DNA from: Psilocybe cubensis
Taxonomy: Eukaryota
Direction: 5' to 3'
Length of the DNA: 64,000 nucleotides
Assembly (NCBI GenBank): GCA_017499595.2
Contig: CM039000.1
Location: forward strand, 1,984,001 to 2,048,000
Position numbers and translations under genes: made by a program. Of the stretch, positions 59,504 through 64,000 are shown one piece after another. Under the pieces are notes generated by a model that worked only from the letters and a program-made list of their open reading frames with translations, ran no database searches and was not told the origin of the DNA. Within the stretch, counting starts at the first letter, position 1. Each line of letters starts with the position of its first letter.

Positions 59504-61039
59504 TCAAACCTGGACTTCTCTGGCAGATGGCTTTATTTTCAACCACATCCAAGCGCTTAGTCCAAGGAAGAGGTTAAAAACACCAACAATCCCCGAGCCT
59601 GCTCCAAGAAGAGTTATTATCCACCAAGTAATCCCAATGACTCGGTCAAGACTGCGGCCTGTATATCGCTTGAGCGTAGCCTTTGGATCTGCAGTGGGAG
59701 AATACGTAGCCGGCAGAGGGATGGTAGGTATACTTGGAGGTGCATCTTCTGGGCGTGGAGGTAGAAGTAATAACGAAACAATAGGTTTCTTAATAATAAT
59801 ATATATTCAGTCACAGAAGTCCCAGAACAAGTCATAACTGGTGGACATACGTGATCAGAAGTTGTATACGAAGGAATACTGGTATACAACAGGTTGGTAA
59901 TCGACGAATTATTGGGAAGATTCAGGGAGTCTGTATACGTTGCATATAAGATACGGTCCGTCCATGACGGTGTGCGTTTTATGCTGGAGCATTTTGTGAA
60001 GTTATTCTGCAGAAGGGCTGTAATATACTTACCTGTATTTATCGACTTCCCCGAGTTTGTACTTGTAGCTGCATTTAAACTTCCAAAAATCACCCTCATG
60101 GAGGCCAGCGAAGATGGTGCCCTTGCGCTTCTCAATGGTCAATTGGTCGTATTCTTTCAGTTCTTCTCTTATTTTTTCAGACTCTAATGTTTGAGCGAAT
60201 TCGTGAGTAAGGCGCTTAGCATATAATGGATGGGTTTTCGGCAGTTCGATTCGGAAGTTTAGATCCCCTAATAGAAAGAGATGGCTGGTCTCATAGAGTG
60301 TGCTGGGTGATGTTGACAAGGCCTCTGGCGGAAACAACAGAGTGGAAACGATGTGCTTGTAGTCTGCTATCCGATTCTGCAATTTGTGTTGGTGTGCAGT
60401 CAAATGACAGTTCACAAAGCTGGATTTGCGCAACGTATACAGCACATGAGTTAATGAGTCGAATATTGTCAAACAAGCTACACACGTATATGTTTCTCCG
60501 GCAGTACCGTCGGGCCCAGCTACTCGAAAGCGTACGCCGACAGCACCTTTATTGCCCATATATGCGGGTCCGCACCCCGTCCACGAGGTATGTACGTTTG
60601 AAACCTTACGCGCAATGCCATCGTCACGCCCATAAACAAGCAAAGCCACGCCGACGTTCACAACCTTTGCGATGAGAGAGTAAGACTCCTTGTTCGGAGC
60701 GTGGGTCTCAATTTGAGAAAGAATGAGCGTGTCTCTGTCGTTTATGACGGCCTTCGAAAACCCAGAAACTGTGAGAGGTAAGGGAGTCGATGTGAGTCTG
60801 TCCAACAGTTGGACTTATGGGTACATACGTCCAAGGTGCAGAGGAAGTAGTTCCTGGAATCCAACAGCGACAATGTCCGGGGCACGTCTTTCCGGTGAAA
60901 GAAAGTTGGATACTTGCAGCGTTGGAGCCAGCCAATCCACCAAGTCTTGCGGAAGCCCTAGAACACCCTGTAAATTAGTATTATAAGAAGCAATTTGAAC
61001 CAATGTCTGTCCAGAATGAAGATAAGCTTGCTTTGCCAT
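59504..61039 (-). CDS. Inositol polyphosphate 5-phosphatase with C-terminal membrane anchor (Inp54-like)
   Basis: DIVAVGFQE, MGNKGAVGVR, FVNCHLTAH, LFLLGDLNFR, DQL, RTPSWTDRILY, SDHKPI; hydrophobic tail ITWWIITLLGAGSGIVGVFNLFLGLSAWMWL. Confidence 0.92.
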
Positions 61040-61276
61040 TATAAGGAGTGACTGGAATAAGCAAGAGATTGGGGATGACCATCAATTGCAAGTGCGTCCC
61101 CAAAATGAACAGCGCGTGATTACCTTGATCATTGAACAAGGAAACAACCACACTCAAAAAAAAGAAAAATAACATATACACGCGTTTTATTTCTTTATAT
61201 TCTCTTTCTGTTTTTAAAGACCTCTATGTTTATCTATACTGCAATCCCTGAAGCACAATTGACGCCTGCCAAGTAA

Positions 61277-62123
61277 TTATTTCTTGGAGGGGGGTCCTTG
61301 AGAGATGTTAAGGTCCTTCAACAAGCCAGTACTCAAATCATAGACCCAGCCGTGGATCCAGACATTCTGGCCTTTACGGGTTCCCTTCGTCCAAGCATCG
61401 TTGATAGCATGGGTTTTGGCCAAATTGGCAACCTGGGCCTTGACATTCTCCTCGACCAGGATAGGCATAGCTTCCTCATGCGGAATGGAAGACAGCTGGA
61501 GGGACGCCGCCAGCCTAGTCAAGGGCTCCAGCCAACGATTCAAAGAAGAATCTACGGGTAACGAATCGATCGTAGTGATAGGGCCATCGAGAGACAAGTT
61601 AGGAGATTGAGCGGCCCCGAGACAAGCTGCGGCACCTCCGCATCCTGCATGTCCGACAATGACAACTGCCGGGTGGAAAAAAGAAGGAAAACGGTTGGAA
61701 TAATGGCTAAAAAGTTTAAAAAAGAAAGCAAGCACCGTGTTCAACACCGAGATAGTCGACGGCGTATCTGAGAACAGATAGAACGTTGGTGTCGTCTAAA
61801 TGGAGTTGACTAGACGACTAGATGAGATTTGCACATAACACCGATACACCTTGCTTACTTGGCGATATTCCTATGAACGAAGATGTCTCCCGGCTTAGCA
61901 GCTGTGATGACCGAGTCGGGGACCCTGGAGTCGGCACAACCTATCCAGAGTGTCTGTAGATGACGATGAGCTCCTGGACCAAGACCAGCAAAAAGACGCA
62001 TACATGGGGACTTTGACCCTTGGCGGACTCGCGGAAGAAATCTGGCTGGGTCTTGGAGACTGCCTGTGCCCACTGGACGTTTGCATCGAGCAGACGTTCA
62101 ATAGGGTTGAGGGGCTGGGGCAT
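61277..62123 (-). CDS. NCE103: Beta-class carbonic anhydrase
   Basis: [22 protein letters not shown], zinc ligands in [24 protein letters not shown]. Confidence 0.95.
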
Positions 62124-62431
62124 ATCGAGATGGTGGAGAAGAGCAAAGGTGGCGGGCAAAAGAGAACCCGGTAAAGTCTGAATCTAAATACTCAAATACT
62201 CCCGGTCCGCCTGTCCCACACAAATAGCCTCAAACGACGTTGCTCAGCTACCAGATTGTCGCCCATGCTCACTTTTCGTTCTGGTCACCATGGATGCTTT
62301 AAATTTTTTTTGGGGAACCAGCAGACAAGCAAATATCAACGGGGTGGCATAGTTGCAAGTAATGGTAATATGTAGAAATGGCCGAGTGTCTACCCTCACG
62401 CCCATCGCCTCGCAGCTCATCAAATTACAAC

Positions 62432-63667
62432 TTAGTTCATCTGTCTAATGAGCTTGTTGATGTTGCTCTCCCGGTCTCCAAAGTCACCACCCTGGACGTA
62501 GTGTTTGAATTTCCTTGTCCTCCAGCCGCCAGTAGGGTTGGAGAGCTTGAAGGGCCAAAGGAAGTTGGACGCCTGGTAGAAAGCTCAATTAATTCGATGT
62601 CACGCATTTTTACGACGTGTACGCACCTGCTTAAAGTTGGGGCCCGCAGTGATGATTTCGTGGACGAGATCCTCAACGCAAAGGATGTCGAATTTACCGA
62701 GGGCGTTCTCAATGACGCTGTTGTTCGACAGAGGAATGCGCTGCTTGTCGACCTTTCCGTATCCGCGCTTGTAGATAAGCTCGCGAACAGTCTTCAAGTT
62801 GGGTTCACTACACGCAGTACGACTATTAGAGACCAGAAGAATCAGCAGTAACTCAACATACCCATAGGTGATGTAAGGCTCGACCAATCGGAGCATCTGT
62901 TGGGTGGCGCGAGTAGCCTTGACAAAGACACCGTTATTGATCTGGAGGAGGCGAAGAAGTTGCAAAATTTTTCGGGGTTTGGGGGCAATCTCATTGATAC
63001 TAATAGATATGTTAATGTTCTGAAGCGGAAGCACATAGAGACCACAGGCGTACCCTCGGATACGAACAACAAAGTAGACCTTGGGCTGGGCGGGAACATA
63101 GAAGTCACCCGCGGTGCGAGCAGCACGCTTCAAGCGAATTTCCTCCTTCTCCTTAGCAAGGTATTCCTTCACATAAGACTCCGCGCGCTTGAAGATAACC
63201 TTTCGCTTGGCCTTTGAAGCCTGAGGAATAGAAATATGTCAGAAAACAAATCTAAAATGATCAAACACGAAAATATAGTATCAGTCCCGAAAGATGGTTA
63301 ATTGAATGGCATCACTGCAAGTTGTACTCGCTAGCCTTCGAGTCGAAAGAATCGTATGCATCATGCTTATACAGATCGCTAAAAAGTATCTAAAATCAAA
63401 AAATTCGAAGATAATCTCACCTTGCGAGCGGCTGTGGCGGCAGCGACGCGTTCCTCCCGGGCCTTTTCATTTTGTTTTCTCTTCTTGAGGAGAGTCTCCG
63501 GGACTTCAATCGCCTAGCAGACAGTAACTCGAAGATCAGCGTATGTGTCCGACGACGTTTGGTTCAAACTGACCGAAGCACTCGGGACGCTGCACAGAGT
63601 CGACAAGTACCGTCAGAACTATTGAAAGGGTTGCAATGAGAGGGACGTACGTGGTAGAGGGGGCCAT
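62432..63667 (-). CDS. RPL7: 60S ribosomal protein L7 (uL30)
   Basis: [65 protein letters not shown]; ends RQMN*. Confidence 0.98.
63277..63368 (-). ncRNA. Intronic box C/D snoRNA, snR39B/snR39-family, targeting 25S rRNA
   Basis: In the roughly 200-nt RPL7 intron (about 63222-63420): C box ATGATGC, C' GTGATGC, 13-nt guide ACCATCTTTCGGG complementary to 25S CCCGAAAGAUGGU, followed by A-CTGA (D box at 63284-63281). Confidence 0.88.
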
Positions 63668-63821
63668 GGCGGATCTTGAGGACGACGTTAATTTGGGGGG
63701 GCGCTAGCACGACCAACGATCAACAGCGGTGGCTGGAACTATACAGTCTGACTAATAAAATCCCACGATTAGAACTCTTACCTAATAAGGTTATTGTTCT
63801 AGCTTGCTTTAAACGCTCGCC

Positions 63822-64000
63822 ATGATCGAGGCCGCCTGTGCGCTATTTGCTTTGTTCTGTTAATGAATGACTATATTGTTGTCCCCAAACGATTACAGAC
63901 TCTCTCGTCGCTGTTCATGGCCATTTCACCGACATTGACCAACTATCTGCGGTCGAACCACGCGTCCTCGGTCCTGTGAACTGATCAATCATTTTATTCA
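63822..64000 (+). CDS. Possible 5' end of a gene running out of the window
   Basis: ATGATCGAGGCCGCCT|gtgcgc...ttacag| splices to MIEAAYSLVAVHGHFTDIDQLSA; divergent from RPL7; no family recognised. Confidence 0.3.

Noticed and set aside
60025-60035. U1 snRNA-like 5' end ATACTTACCTG
   Set aside because: It is simply the reverse complement of a consensus 5' splice site in the minus-strand phosphatase gene.

Overview
Gene-dense, intron-rich fungal genomic DNA with 45-65 nt GT-AG introns, CTRAY branch points and many microexons; gene content and intron style point to an agaricomycete mushroom (inference). About 25 protein-coding genes can be reconstructed. They include arginase, a PLP aminotransferase, Cwf19L1/Drn1, a secreted carboxylesterase, a NUDT19-like Nudix hydrolase, UBLCP1, a CSN8-like PCI protein, NECAP, CBM1-GH6 cellobiohydrolase, NFS1, an SR protein, TBCE, HIBCH/EHD3, IDO, RPA1, insulysin, CKS1, MER3, TIM54, PRP45, an inositol 5-phosphatase, beta-carbonic anhydrase, RPL7 and two uncharacterised genes. 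The most interesting signals are not in the ORF track. (1) An oversized NFS1 intron carries a candidate box C/D snoRNA whose antisense element pairs with U6 snRNA and predicts methylation at the equivalent of human U6 C62. (2) An RPL7 intron carries a C/D snoRNA targeting the 25S rRNA CCCGAAAGAUGG motif. (3) A 1.58 kb internally deleted KDZ-type (CxC5) DNA transposon with TIRs and an 8-bp TSD lies in the PRP45 promoter. (4) A second 0.95 kb TIR element lies in the TIM54 promoter. (5) The SR gene has a long intron at the conserved SWQ|DLKD autoregulatory position. Gene boundaries were spliced by eye and may be off by an exon at the ends; no database searches were run.
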